From contig NC_057711.1 in NCBI RefSeq assembly GCF_004010195.1, positions 77,536,341 through 77,597,050 on the forward strand: DNA of 60,710 bases, read 5' to 3'. This document shows positions 1-12,800 of this stretch, in pieces; the first letter of the stretch is position 1, and each line of letters begins with the position of its first letter. This DNA is from Chiloscyllium plagiosum (taxonomy: Eukaryota). The notes below the pieces were generated by a model. It saw nothing but the letters and a program-made list of their open reading frames with translations. It was not told the origin of the DNA and ran no database searches. The translations under genes and the position numbers were made by a program.

Positions 1-54
1 CCAAATCTCCTTCACACTAAGTGAGAGCTGCTTATCAGTTTAAGAAAACAGAAT

Positions 55-525
55 TGTAAGGGCCTCCTCCATCACCACATACTAACCACCTGACGCTGGA
101 GGAAGAATGCCTCATCTTCTGCCTTGGGACCCTCCAACCACATAGCACCAATGTGGATTTCACTAGTTTCCTCATTTCCCCTCCCCACACTTTATCCCAG
201 TTCCAACCTTCCACTCGGCACCACCCTCATGACCTGTCCTACCTGTCCATTTTCCTTTCCACCTATCCACTCCACCCTCCTCTCTGATCTATCGCCATCA
301 CCCCCACCTCCACCTACCTATTGCATTCTCAGCTAACTTCCCCCCAGCTCTACACCCCTCCCATTTATCTCTCCATCCCTTCGGCTCACAAGCCTCATTC
401 CTGATGAGGACTTTTGACTGAAACACCGATTCTTCTGTTCCTTGGATGCTGCCTGACCTTGCTGTACTTTTCCAGCACTACACTCTTGACTCTGATCCCC
501 CGCATCTGCAGTCCTCACTTTCTCC
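55..525 (+). mobile_element. Penelope-like element, 3' fragment (end of GIY-YIG coding region, C-rich 3' region, terminal repeat with degenerate hammerhead)
   Basis: Shares 'cctggaggaagaatgcctcatcttc..ttgggaccctccaacca' and the 3' terminus 'gatgctgcctgacc...tctgcagtcctcactttctcc' with the other Penelope copies in the window; CTGATGA at 401-407. Confidence 0.85.
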
Positions 526-760
526 ATACTTAACTCATTCTTCCTGGAAATGACTTTCAATTAGTTTTTCTCTGATTTCTCATGCTCAATGAACACAATT
601 GAGAAAGGAATTTAACAACTGTGACATGGGGTAAATGGCATCAGTAAAATCCTGAGTGCATTGATAGCTCAACAATTGGGAGACACTACATGGGTCCCTC
701 ATTGCTCCTTGAAATGACCCACTAGCAGGAAAATTCTGGCTGTTTGGCATTATGCAGGAC

Positions 761-1592
761 CCCACCATTAAGGATATATTTCCTCCCCACTCCTATCTGT
801 GTTTTGGAGAGACTATTCCCTCCGCGACTCCTTTGTCAGATCCAGGCCCCCCACCAGCCCACACCCGGCACCTTCCCCAGCCACTTCAAGAAGTGCAAAA
901 CCTGCTCACATACCGCCCTCCCACCTCCATCCAAAGCCCCAAAGGATTCTTCCACATCCGACAGAAATGTACACATCATCTGCTGTATTCGTTGCACCCA
1001 ATGTGGTCCTTTCTGCGTCGGGGAGACAGGATGCCAACATGCGACTGCTTCAGAGAACATCGTTGGGATACCCACACCCACCAACCCCATCGCCCTGTGG
1101 CTGAATACTTTAATTCCCCCTCCCAATCCACCAAAGACATGCAGGTCCTGGGCCTCCTACATCACCAAACTTAACTACCTGATGCCTGGAGGAAGGATGC
1201 CTCATTTTCCACCTTGGGACCCTGCAAACACATGGGATCAATGTGGATTCCACCAGTTTCCTAATTTCCCCTCCCCCACCTTATCCCAGTCTGAATCTTC
1301 CAACTCAGCACCGTCCTCTTGATCTGTCCATCTTCCTTCCTCCTATCTGCTCCACCCCCCTCTCCAAACTATCAATTTCACCCTTACTTCATCTACTTAT
1401 CACATTCCCAGCGACCTTCACCCCAGCCCCACAATCCTCCCATTTCTCCTGGCCAACAAGCCTCATTCTTGATGAAGGGCTTATGCATGAAATGTCAATT
1501 CTCCAGCTCTGGATGCTGCCTGACCTGCTGTGCTTTTCCAGCACCACATTGTCGACTCTGATCTCTAGTGTCTGCAGTCCTCACTTTCTACT
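761..1592 (+). mobile_element. 5'-truncated Penelope-like element (Cys-rich linker, GIY-YIG endonuclease remnant, terminal repeat)
   Basis: Frameshifted translation 'KKCKTCSH...IICCIRCTQCGPFCVGETG...FREH...PVAEYFNS'; flanked by attatgcaggac (749-760) / attatgcagcac (1593-1604), a probable TSD. Confidence 0.88.
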
Positions 1593-1713
1593 ATTATGCA
1601 GCACATACCATTTTGCTTGTTTCTTCAACAAATTTATTAAAGATACAGCCAACAGGCTGAAATTATGCACAAATTTCCAGTAAAACTCAAATATTTACAG
1701 AAATCTCTTGATT

Positions 1714-2752
1714 GAGGGTGGTGGTTGATGGGAAATTTCCAGCCTGGAGTTCAGTTACTAGTGGTGTACCGCAAAGATCTGTTTTGATCCACTGCTGTTT
1801 GTCATTGTTATAAATGACCTGGTTGAGGGCGTAGGAGGATGGGTTAGTACATTTATGGACGACACTAATGTTGGTACAGTTGTGGATAGTGCTGAAGGTT
1901 GTTGTAGGTTACTGAGAGACATAGATAAGCTGCAGAGCTGGGCTGAGAGGTGGCAAATGGAGTTTAATGCAGTAAAGTGTGAGGTGATTCACTTTGGAAG
2001 GAGTAACAGGAATGCAGAGTACTGGGTGACTGGTAAGATTCTTGGTAGTGTAAATGAGCAACGAGATCTGGGTGTCCATGTACATAGATCCCTCAAAGTT
2101 GCCACCCAGGTTGATAAGGTTGGTAAGAAGGCATACGGTGTGTTACCTTTTATTAGTAGAGGGATTGAGTTTCGGAACCATGAGGTCATGCTGCAGCTGT
2201 ATAAACCTCTGGTGTGGCTGCAGTTGGTGTATTTCATGCAATTCTGGTCACTGCATTATAGGAAGGATGTGGAAGCTTTGGAAAGGGTTCAGAGGAGATT
2301 TACTGGGATATTGCCTGGTATGGAGGGAAAGTCTTATGAGGAAAGGCTGAGAGACTTGAGGCTGTTTTTGTTAGAGAGAAGGTTGAGAGGTGACTTACAT
2401 GAGACATATAAGATATTCAGATACTCAGAAGGTTAGAATGTAAGGTGAGAGCCTTTTTCCTCCGATGGTGATGGATAGCATGAAGGGCCATAGCTTCAAA
2501 TTGAGGGGTGATAGATATAGGATAGATGTCAGAGGTAGTTTCTTTACTCAGAGAGTAGTAGGGGCATGGAACGCACTGCCTGCATCAGTTGCAGACTTGG
2601 TAGCTTTATGGGCGTTTAAATGGTCACTGCATAGGCATATGGACCAGAATGGAATCGTGTAGGTCAGGTGGGCTTCAGATTGGTTTCAGAGGGCGGCATG
2701 ACATTGAAGGCTGAAGAGCATGTACTGTGCTGTAATGTTCTATGTTCAATGT
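1714..2752 (+). mobile_element. 5'-truncated CR1-type LINE (RT C-terminal half and 3' tail)
   Basis: ORF 1855-2436 'FMDDT...WQMEFNAVKCEVIHFG...ALERVQRRFT'; ends in (TTCTATG)-like repeats; splits the Gypsy RT reading frame. Confidence 0.93.
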
Positions 2753-4434
2753 TCTCATTTAGATTTAGGAACAGGAAATTCTATTAGAGCCTTAATTTTT
2801 GCTGCTTTAAGCAACACTTGTCTATGTCCTTCAATATGTCAAAGTAAATGTTACTCCTGCTTTTTCAAATTCACTTTTTGATACATTTATTACTAAGCCA
2901 CATTTATTACTAAGCCAATCAGTTGTAATGGCTTAATCAGGTCACATGCTCTTTCCATATGTTATTATATACCACAGCATTGTCTAACTATACCACTTAA
3001 TTGATCTGAAAGAACAGACTTGACTCTTAAGACTCTGGAATCTAGCTGAAGCATTCTTTAACCCAAATGGTATCAGTCATCATTGGTATAACCCTTTTGG
3101 ATATAACAAAATCAGACATTTCTTTAGCCCTTGATAATAATGGTACTTGTCAGTATCCTTTCAATAGATCAATCTCAGAAAGGAATGAGACTCTGCAATT
3201 CTATCACTGGAGTCCTCCAACTGTGGAATTAGATACAATTCTGTTTTTGTGATCGCATTTATCTTTCTATAATTTTATACAGAGTCCAGTTGATCCATTC
3301 AATTAACTACAGGTGAACTCCAGCTACTTGGACTAGGCTCATCCAAGTGGTTTTCTGGGAAGTTCTGAATCCTTCCTTCCACTTGAGCTTGTTTATCTGG
3401 GCTCAACTGATAAGGATGTTGCTTTATCTTCTCAGACTCTCCTACATCTACATCATACCTCTTCAATGTTGTACATCAAGGCATATCTAATTCTAACCCT
3501 AATCTTATACTTCCAATGACTTGCTTTCATTTTTAGTAATAGTCCTACTCAATGTACTGACATTAGGCTGAATGGTTCTGTAATTGGTATCAAAGTATTG
3601 GGTTTGATTACATGTTGAGGTCTCTCTATCACCTGACATCAATGGCATGTTTTACATTTCTATGAAGCCATGATCATATAAAATACATGGTTAATGAAGT
3701 CAATATTTTCCATACTCTTATACCCTTCCATAGAAAATTCATGTGCTACTCAAAGTATCTCTTTACAAGATTGAGGCAGTACTATTATTTGATGAACAAC
3801 CAACTATTCTTCATCTGTAGATCTTTGAGGATCTTTGAGGATGTCTCTGCTTCCTCATCAGAACTGAGTTTTAAATTAAATACCATTCTGCAACATCTTC
3901 AGCTTCAGCTTCTAGCTGAACTCTCTGTAATAACACTGGATTTGTTTCCTGAGCCTCAATTAATGAAGACATTTCTTTTGATCTGTCCTATTGCATAATC
4001 AGAGTTTCAGGTAGCCTAACAGATGCTTGCAGTATTCCTGAGACCTCAGATGATGACCTTTGATTAGTCATTGCTCTGGTCACTACACATATTGGAAAAA
4101 TACCTAGAACCTATTCGTTCAATTGTTCCATCTCTTTAGCCTCAACTGGATTTCCAAGGCAAAGTTATAATTTTCATTCCTGCCAAATCATTCTTCATGA
4201 GTAAATCAACTCAATCCACAGGTAATTTCTTAATTAACCTGACTATTACTGGTCCTGAAAATTCACACTCCAATTGGACTTTGTATAATGGAGCAGGGAC
4301 ATACTCACCACCTATCCTATTTATGAGCACTTTGTCTTTAAATGAACCCTCTGCAGGGAAAACTAAAGCCTTTCACAGCAAGATAGCTTGAGTAATCTCT
4401 GTATCCCTTAGAATAAAGCTTTGATTCTTATGCC

Positions 4435-4575
4435 TTAAAGGATAAAAGGGTATTGGAAGAAAGCAGGAACGAGGATGTGATTTGAATGGTCAGCTATAAT
4501 TATACTGACTAGTGGAGCAGACATGGAGGGCCAAATGGTATACTCCTGCTCCTATTTTCATTGTTTCTATGTTTC
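4435..4575 (+). mobile_element. Short CR1 3'-tail fragment inserted into the Gypsy remnant
   Basis: 'ggagcagacatggagggccaaatgg..tactcctgctcctatttt..gtttctatgtttct' matches the CR1 3' ends elsewhere in the window. Confidence 0.7.
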
Positions 4576-7500
4576 TTCCTTTGAAGAAAAAGGGGTTATC
4601 TTTTCTTCAGTTCAAAATGCTTCATATCTCTCATCAACCCTATGTATTTCTTATGCACTCACTCAATGTTTAGTTTTAGTTAAAACTGTAGCTAGCTGTA
4701 ATTTAGCAATAATTAATGCTGCAATTTTCCTTCTGATTATCCTTTTCAAGCTCATATGTACAAGCTTGAAGTTGTACAAGTTGCATGGGTTTCCCTTACA
4801 ATTTCCAGCATTTTGAATGAACGTGTCTCACCTTGTTCTAACACAAACATCTTGGATTCTGAGTTCCCTACTAATAAGGAGTACACCTGGGACATTTCCA
4901 GCTATCCATTTCTTACCTTGGCTACTCCAATGTCTATCACTTTCTATCCCTTTCGAATTCATGAAGCTGACAGAAAAATAGTTTAGTTTTATGGATTAGC
5001 TAATAATCATAATCATTATTGCTGCCTGTCTAGTTGCAACCCTTTGGTCATTAGCATTGTTTCTTATTACTGAAGGTAGTGAGTTTTTACTTCTTCTAAG
5101 AGAGTAATCTCTTCCAGAGCTTCATTGAGAGTTTAAGCTTCCAATGTCTATATTTAGCTGTGTCCAAATTACTTTGCTTAGATGATTATACCGGATGTAC
5201 TTTCACCTGTTATTTGTGTATTATATTGAACTTTGAAAACACGCGGCAGATAACCATATGATGCTTTCTTTCTTAGAGCAAAAGTAATAAAATAAGACAT
5301 AAACTCCAAGATATTCTTCAAGAATAATTGTCTTTCCGTATTCTTTTCCATTTCATCAGAATCTATATGACAGATTATTTTATTTGATGAAACTTGCTTT
5401 AAGTATCAGCACATTTTATGTTAGATTATTTTAACTGGCTATGCAGTAATTGCCATTTATTTAATTTTAGTGGTTTCAGTAAAGTGTTATGGCAATTTTA
5501 TTTTTATAACTCAACATTTTATGATATACATTAGTGGATATTATGTAGAACGTGTTTAGTAAGTCAGTACTTAAGCTTTTGTTGACAAAATGAAAGGTAT
5601 ATTTTATATATTTAAAATCAGTAAAATAGAAGCATGTCGAACAGACTTCTCATTTTGAGGTCAACGAGATATAATTGTAAACAGGCAAGTAGATAGTAAT
5701 TGCTTTCCTTTGGCTAGAGCTTGTAAATCCTTGATTCTTCTTCAGAACATGTGTTGGATGCAATCTAATTTGGTAATACAATAAGCCATGACCAATAACT
5801 TATGGCCACTCCAATATTACTTTAAATCCTATTTCACGTGAAGTTAATAGTCATGGACTGGACCACAGAAAGTTGTCAATACTTTGGCAACATAAATAGA
5901 ATCCTCATCCCAAGATATCTCCTCAAAGCACAGTGGAAATTAAGCATGAGGCATTATCTACATAAAACCCATTGAGCTGAAGGCATTCAGCAGATGTTTG
6001 TATCTGAATAAAATTGTCTAGCTACAATGTCAAGCTGACCTGTAGATTGATCCTACGAGTAGTTCAGAAAATAGGAGGTTGAGGGAAATGGAGGAAGGCA
6101 TGAACCATCCACAGCAGTAGGGTAGAATCAGAAGGTTGGTCTTGGCTCTGCTTAGATGTGGCTAAAATAAAGCTAACCTATCTTTAAGGGCCATCCATCA
6201 AGCTGATGTACACCAACAATAAATAAGATGAGCATGTGCAATGCATGGTCAGCTTACATACACCAACTTTAGCAAGGGGTCCCCAAACAGGCATTAGTGA
6301 ACCTGATTAGCACGTTGAAATGGTCTAATTCTTGTTTCAAACAGACATCCTGGATATTGGAAGCCAGCAATTGCTGTTTAAGCATCAATGCCTTTCCTGG
6401 AGAAGTCAAATAATGAGATTGTACCCAGAAATAAGTTTCCCCAAATACTTATAGCAGAAAACGAATTGGCACAACTGATGGATTTCTCCCAGTGTATTCC
6501 TTCAAAATTATATCCCTGCATTGTCTGGTGACAAGAAAAGGAAATAAAAGTGTGCAATCAAAATGGTGGAAAAATAATTTAAAAGATATTTAAGCTAAAT
6601 ATAATACACAATAATATTTGTACTTAATTAAAATCAAGATCTTCATTTCATTTCATTTACAGATCAAGCACTTGAATTTTGCTCTAAGGTATGACACCTC
6701 AATTAGATTTTTGTCTTATGGTCCATAGAGAAGGTATGTTTAGAAAAACTAAAATGATATTTTGAAATTGTAAATGAAATAAAGTAACGTCTATTCCAAA
6801 GTACAATCTCAAATCATTTTGAATACAGAAAATCTAAAGCCTATTGCTCAGCTTTCTAAGTCACTCGAAGTGGGAGATTAATTTTCAGTTAGGCAGTTTG
6901 CTATATGTGAGCTAAGTATAAAAGCATGAATAGTTGATGTTTTGTAGAAAGTTGAAAAGCATAAAATACTAACATTTAATAACCAGAATCTGAAAAAGAT
7001 TGCTGTTGAAATAAAACTTCCAATTTATTTTCTTCTTCTGAAGTCCATAATATCTTCTTGAAGTGCGCTCATAAAATGTGCTTTCATTTGAGACTTTATT
7101 AATATACGTTACATTATCTGCTGTGACACATCTATTCATCATTTCATGCAAGTTTGGTGGTCATATCAGTTAAGCTACTGCTCTGTCAGAATTTCAAAAC
7201 AAATAATGTCATTAGTTGACAGAATACCTTTGTACTTGAAGCTGCACCATACCTTCCTTTGGGCCTTAAATAAGGATTGGAAGAAATAACTTTCACAATT
7301 TTTTAAGGGTTTCTATGAAGCTTTTCCAAATGTTTTGCCACATGATGTTAATCATTTAAGGTATATTCAATCATATTTAATGTTGATTTATAATGAACAT
7401 GCCATATTTTATGAACAATATTTGCACAACGTCCTTTGCGAACAAATGCAAACCCCATGAATGCAAGTGTGAAAATAATGAAATTCACTTTGATTAAAGA

Positions 7501-7814
7501 TTATAAAAGAACATTTATCTTATGTTCATAATGGTGCCACTATTATCTTTAATAATTTCATTCCTCCCTTCTCTGTCCTTCCTCCATCTTTTAAAATGGG
7601 AGAGATTTGATCAGAATTTAGGTGGGGAAGGGGCAAGGATGAGGTAGGGGTCATAAAATGCCATAGCCATGTTGAGAGGGCTTCATGGACACAGAACAAC
7701 TGCTGGACCATTCCTCCAGCTGCAGAGATGACAATGGCTTGGCTGCCAGTTTCTGTCGATAAATGGCCAAATTACATACCTAAGTACTTAAATTATATAC
7801 CCAGGTTATATAAT

Positions 7815-9182
7815 TTGGTTGAACAGGTTGAACAGTTTATCAACTTCACAAACAGCTTCCACCCTGACACACTGACCTCAAGTTCACCTGGACCATTTTG
7901 GACACATGCCTCCACTTTCTGGACCTTGCTGTCTCCATCTCCGGAGACCAACTCAACACGGACATCTACTTCAAACACACTGACTTCCACAGCTACCTGG
8001 ACTACACCTCCTCCCACCCCGCCTCCTGTAAAAACGTTATCCCTTACTCCCAATTCCTCCACCTCTTCCGTACCTGCTCCCAGGAGGAGCAATTCCACTC
8101 CAGGACATTGCAGATGGCCTCCTAATACAAGGGCTGCAATTTCCTCACCCATGTGATCAACAATGCCCTCCACAGCATCTCCTTCACTTCCTGCACCTCC
8201 ATCCTTAAATCCCTCCAACTGCAACAAGGATAGAAATCCCCCAGTCCTCACCTTCCTCCCCACTAATCTCCGGATTCAGCGCTTTATCCTCTGCCATTTC
8301 CCCAACTACAATCAGACCCCAGCAACAGAGATATATTTCCTTCACCACCCCAATATTCTGTAGAGACCATTCCCTCTGTGACTCCCTCATTAGGTCTACA
8401 CCACCTACCAACCCACCCTCCACTCTGGCACCTTCTTGCGGTGGCAAGGGGTATAAAACCTGTGGCCACACCTCCCCACTCATCTCCATTCAGGGCCCCT
8501 AAGGATCCTTCCACAATTGGCAGAGATTTTCCTGCACATTCAACACCATAGCTACTGTGTCCATTGCTCTCAATGTGGTCTCCTTTATACTGGGGAAACA
8601 GGACGCCAACTCACAGAAGGTTTCAGGGAACATTTCTGGAGGACACACACCAAACAACCCCACCGGCCTGTGGCCATCCACTTCAACTCCCCCTCCCGCT
8701 CTGCCAAGGACATACAAGTCAAGGGCCTCCTCCACTGCCAAATCTATGCCACCCAATGCCTGGAGGAAGAACACCTCACCTTCTGCCTTGGGACTCTCCA
8801 ACCACATGGCATCAACGTCAAATTCAACAGCTTTCTCAACTACCCTCCCCCTATGTCATTGCAGATCCAACCCTCCAACTTAGCAACACCGTCTTGAACT
8901 GTCCTACATGTCCATCTTCCTTCCAACCTATCCGCTCCACCCTCCCCTCTGACCTATCACCATCATCCCCCACCTGGATCTACCTATTGTCTTCCTCACA
9001 TCCCAACCACCACCCTCCTATTTAGCTCTCAGCCCCCTTCCACCACACCCCGCATTCCTGGTGAAGGGCTTATGCCTGAAATGTCGGTTCTCCTGCTCCC
9101 CGAATGCTGCCTGACCTGGTTTGCTTTTCCAGCACCACATTTTTCAACTCTTGATTGCCAACATCTGCAATCCACCCTTTCT
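7815..9182 (+). mobile_element. 5'-truncated Penelope-like element (RT C-terminus, linker, GIY-YIG, terminal repeat)
   Basis: 'FLDLAVSISGDQLNTDIYFKHTDFHSYLDYTSSHP..IPYSQF' (7898-8125) and 'YCVHCSQCGLLYTGETGRQLTEGFREH...LGTLQPHGIN' (8517-8897); degenerate hammerhead at 9058-9085. Confidence 0.92.
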
Positions 9183-9906
9183 ATATACCTAAATAGCCAA
9201 AAAATAACAATTCTTCTAGGTAATGGAACATCCCTTGCTATGTGTTGAGGCCACCAACAGCATAGAAGTGGCTTCACTGTGCCAATGGTCAGACCAGGTC
9301 TTAAAATCACCTCTTGAATGGGTTTTCTCCCATTGGTAGGCCTAGCGTACCTGGTTCCAACACAAAATCTTTTAGCCCAAATCCACCTCCACAAAACAGT
9401 GCATGATATCTAGGAAGGGCAGGAAGTTAGGAAAGGTTGAAGGAGTTTCTCTGTTAATTAATTATCATATTAACATAGTAGAGAGAAAGAGAGAGATGAC
9501 CTAAGCCTAGTTAACCAGAATGTATAAGCCATTTGGCTAGACCTGAAAGATGATGAAGTTAAAAAATATTTTGTGAGAATGTTTCCAAATGAAGACACAT
9601 TTGATTGAGGTTTTTCACCTTGTACTCATCAGAACAATTTGTCAGGAGACCAATCAAGAGAAAGGCCAATATTTATGCTGCATGAGAGGAGACGACTATC
9701 TGGTTGGTAGATGAGGTCTGATTGATTTTATAAAATTATTTGTTATTAACCAATTTTTCTAATGAACCTGTTCAGAGATGTTAAAAAAACACCTCTGGTG
9801 CAGATGGGACTTGAACCCGGGCCTCCTGGTGCAGGAGTAGAGAAACCAGTGATCGTTAGACTTGACACTAATTGAGAGTTAACTGTCAGGCATTCTTTAA
9901 TGGTTA

Positions 9907-10575
9907 GTGTGATGAGATGTGGCTTTAAGACGGATTTGTTCTGTCTTGTTTCTCTTGAAGAAGAGTGTTTTCAATCTGATGCCAAGGTGTCTGCCTCATA
10001 GGAAGCAGAGTAGATAGTTTTTTTTTAAGTGGCAGGAAAATTGATGTTTCGGGCAAAAGCCCTTCATCAGGAATAGAGCTATTTCTGATGAAGGGCTTTT
10101 GCCCGAGACATCGATTTTCCTGCTCGTCGGATGCTGCCTGACCTGCTGTGCTTTTCCAGCACCATTCTGATCTAAACTCTGGTTTCCAGCATCTGCAGTC
10201 CTCACTTTTGCTGAGCTTTTTTTTTAAGTTAGACAAATGAAGCAGAAGTGGGTGGAGTCAGGCTCAGACAGACCCAGGGTTTTAGTTTTTGATTTCAGTT
10301 GTTGCAGCTGGGGGTTTTGCAGGTGAAGCTGCGACATACAGCACTCGCTCTGCTGCTGCAAAAAGGTTGAGTTCTCTTTTGCGGCTGGATTCATTCCATT
10401 GGTGTTTGTTCTGCCCAAGTGAGGGACTAATGTTTTGCTAAATTTGCCTTTGTCAAGGAGGTCTTTAGGGGATGCTGCTATATTGAAACAGTGATGAGGA
10501 GCAGATAAATAATATATTAGTTTATTAGGTGTTCCAATAGAGTTAAAGTTGTGCCAATTTTTCTTTCTTCCTGTG
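9907..10575 (+). mobile_element. Possible LTR remnant (host of the fold-back insertion at 10031)
   Basis: Starts with TGTGA and has LTR-like composition; no partner LTR or TSD seen. Confidence 0.25.
10031..10213 (+). mobile_element. Fold-back Penelope-derived mini-element (inverted terminal-repeat piece, direct terminal repeat and tail)
   Basis: Inverted arms centred at ~10077; hammerhead motifs at 10043-10070 (-) and 10085-10112 (+); TSD tttttttttaagt at 10018-10030 / 10217-10229. Confidence 0.88.
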
Positions 10576-11310
10576 TAGTGGACAGCAAAGAAGTTACCTT
10601 TTATGGTGAAAGCTATTTAATTTTCAAAGTAGGGAGGTTATGCATCAGTTGTACAGTTCATTGCAGGGACCACATCCAGAGTGTTGCGTGCAATATTGGT
10701 CTCATTATTTAAGGAAAGATGTAAATACTATGAAATGAGTTCCGTTTACTAGACTAATACTTTAGGAATAGGTGGGGTGCCAAATGAAGAATGTAAGTAG
10801 AGTTGAGGATTATGAGATCAACCACGATCTCATTGAATGGTGATGCAGACTGGATGGGCAGGTTGGCCTACTTTTGCTTCTGTATCTTATGATCTTATCA
10901 TCTTATTGAACATGCTAGACCTATATCCATTCAGAAGAATAAAAGGCAACTTGATTGAAATGTATAAGATTTTGAGGGATTTTCACAGGATGTACGTATA
11001 AAAGATATTCCTTCTTCTAGGAGAATCTCGAATTTGTGACCACTTTAAAAAAAAGGGAACATCCAGTTGACTGAGATGAGGACAAATGTTTGCTCACAGT
11101 GAGTCATGATTCTTTGGAACTCTCTTCCTTAAAAGGCAGTGGAAGCAGAATATTTAAATATTTTTAAGGCAGATGTAGATAGACTCTTGGAAGGAAGGGG
11201 ATGAAAGCTCATAAGTGGATTGGGTTTTACAGTGATCAGATCAACTCTGATCTTATTAAATGCAGACCAGCCTCAATGAGCCAAGTAATCTGCTCCTAAT
11301 TCTCATGTAC
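10575..11310 (+). mobile_element. Degenerate nested CR1 3' fragments
   Basis: 'agggaccacatccagagtgttgcgtgcaatattggtctc', 'gattgaaatgtataagatt' and two CR1-type tails (~10790-10905, ~11230-11310). Confidence 0.75.
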
Positions 11311-11534
11311 ATATGTTCACATGTTCATTAAGCTGCTTTCATTCGCTTTGCACACCCAGCAGCAAAAGTTTTTCTCAGTGATGCTGACAAATGCTGAGTT
11401 TCTGGTTCTCTTACCATGCCTATGCCCCAGGAATGTTCAGGAGTCTACAAAAATTAAAGGTCAATCTTCTAGATATAACTTGGGTAAAATAAAATGCAAT
11501 TGTTAATGAAAATTTTTAAAACACTTTTATTTAA

Positions 11535-11755
11535 AGTTAAATCACCAAAGTCTTACCAAACCATAGCACTGCTCTGTAATTAGAGAGACAACTGGTGGTG
11601 ATTTAACCTGACAGCCATCACACCTCAGACAAGGGGAGAGGTTGAGAAGGAGAGACCTTAAAGGTAGCCTCAGCCAGCGTGAGGATTGAACTCATGCTGT
11701 TGGCATTATAGTGTTTGCAAAATAACTATCGAAATAACTGAGCTAAATCAAGTCC
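11535..11755 (-). mobile_element. tRNA-derived SINE (non-V family), degenerate
   Basis: Minus strand reads 'tagctcagtt...gagttcaatcct' (A/B-box like); related fragment at ~13700-13790 (+). Confidence 0.5.
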
Positions 11756-12339
11756 CACACTTTTGCTTATTTATGACAAAACCATTGGAAATTTTCTAAA
11801 ACAAAGGTTTGCTTGATTGATCTTGAACAGCAGAGACAAGGATGAAATCTTCAGGAATATGTCAGAGTTTGGAAACCCCATGGTCTGGTAGTAGAAGCGG
11901 TCTGGCAATGGAGAGCTAGCCAACTGTTCTAAATGGGATGGCAGGAGCAGCAGCAGTCTCTTTATTGGCTGCAGCCTGAAGATTGCTTACAAAGTCCGGC
12001 TCACTGTCTTTGGATCATCATATAGTTCAAACATTATGCAACATTTTTCCCTGTATTTTGTCACTAAATAAAAATGACAATAAATAAATCAAATCAAATC
12101 AAAATAATGGAACTCACCACATGCCAGAAAAATCACAGTTTATATGTGCCTTTTCTCTAATATTGATAGCTGAGGAGTGGCATTTGGAGAAATTGGTCAA
12201 CTGAGTGTAAAATGAGCCACACTACTCACACAAGCTGTAATATTACAGCTTCTAGTAAGTTACATTAAGGAATGTATGATTCAAACTACATCAATAATAC
12301 ATCACCTTCAAGGCACAAGTTAATAGTGTTATGTTGGGG

Positions 12340-12800
12340 GTGGGGGGCATGCATTAGTGTCTTTACTTCCCTAGATGAGCATAGCTCCAACCCACAAAAT
12401 GCTTGACGTAAGTCAAGACAAAGCAGTCCATGTCACTGGCATCCCATCTACTGGCTTAAGCACACTCACACCTTCCACCATCAATCCACAGTGGCTTCAG
12501 TGCGTACCATGTAGAGATGCACTTTAGCAACTTGCCAAGCAAACATGCTATCTCTACTACCAAGAAGAACAAGATAAGCAGACATTCACAAACACCTCCA
12601 AGTTCCTCTCTGCATCACATACCATCCTGACTTGGAAATCTATCATTACCTTTTTATTATCTTTGGGCTGAAATACTCCCTCCCTAAAAGCATTACGAGT
12701 ATACGTACACGACCTGAATAGCAATAGTTTCACAAGATGGCTCTGCAATAATTGGGGACGTCAATAAATGTTGTATTTGTAGGCAATTCCCACATTCTAT
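12340..12800 (+). mobile_element. 3' fragment of a second non-LTR LINE family (CR1/L2 group)
   Basis: 'LDVSQDKAV..TG' and 'MHFSNLP' remnants; homologous to minus-strand copies at 37565-37875 and 50440-51260. Confidence 0.65.

Larger units (their letters stand above)
1605..5180 (-). mobile_element. Decayed Gmr1-like Ty3/Gypsy LTR retrotransposon internal region (gag, protease, partial integrase, RT), interrupted by two CR1 insertions
   Basis: Manual minus-strand translation: Gag knuckle-like 'CLC*NKVRHVHSKCWKL*GKP' (~4790-4850); protease 'ILRDTEITQ...VDLLMKNDLAG' (~4180-4415); 'GIFPICVVTRAM' (~4070-4105); integrase N-terminus 'VAHE..CKTCH*CQV..PNTLIPITEPFS' (~3560-3760); RT 'IKQHPYQL..SSWSSPVV..YRKINAITKT..IDLLKGY*QVPL..PFGLKNA' (~3050-3430), 'AKIKALIEFPVPKS' (~2760-2805), 'KRFL*IFEFYWKFVHNFS' (~1655-1710). 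Confidence 0.85.

Noticed and set aside
5740..6500. Possible Harbinger transposase remnant
   Set aside because: Motif-like fragments were weak and in the wrong order
7773..9195. tacatacctaagta / tatatacctaaata as TSD of the 7815 element
   Set aside because: Two mismatches and ~30 bp of unexplained filler; not secure
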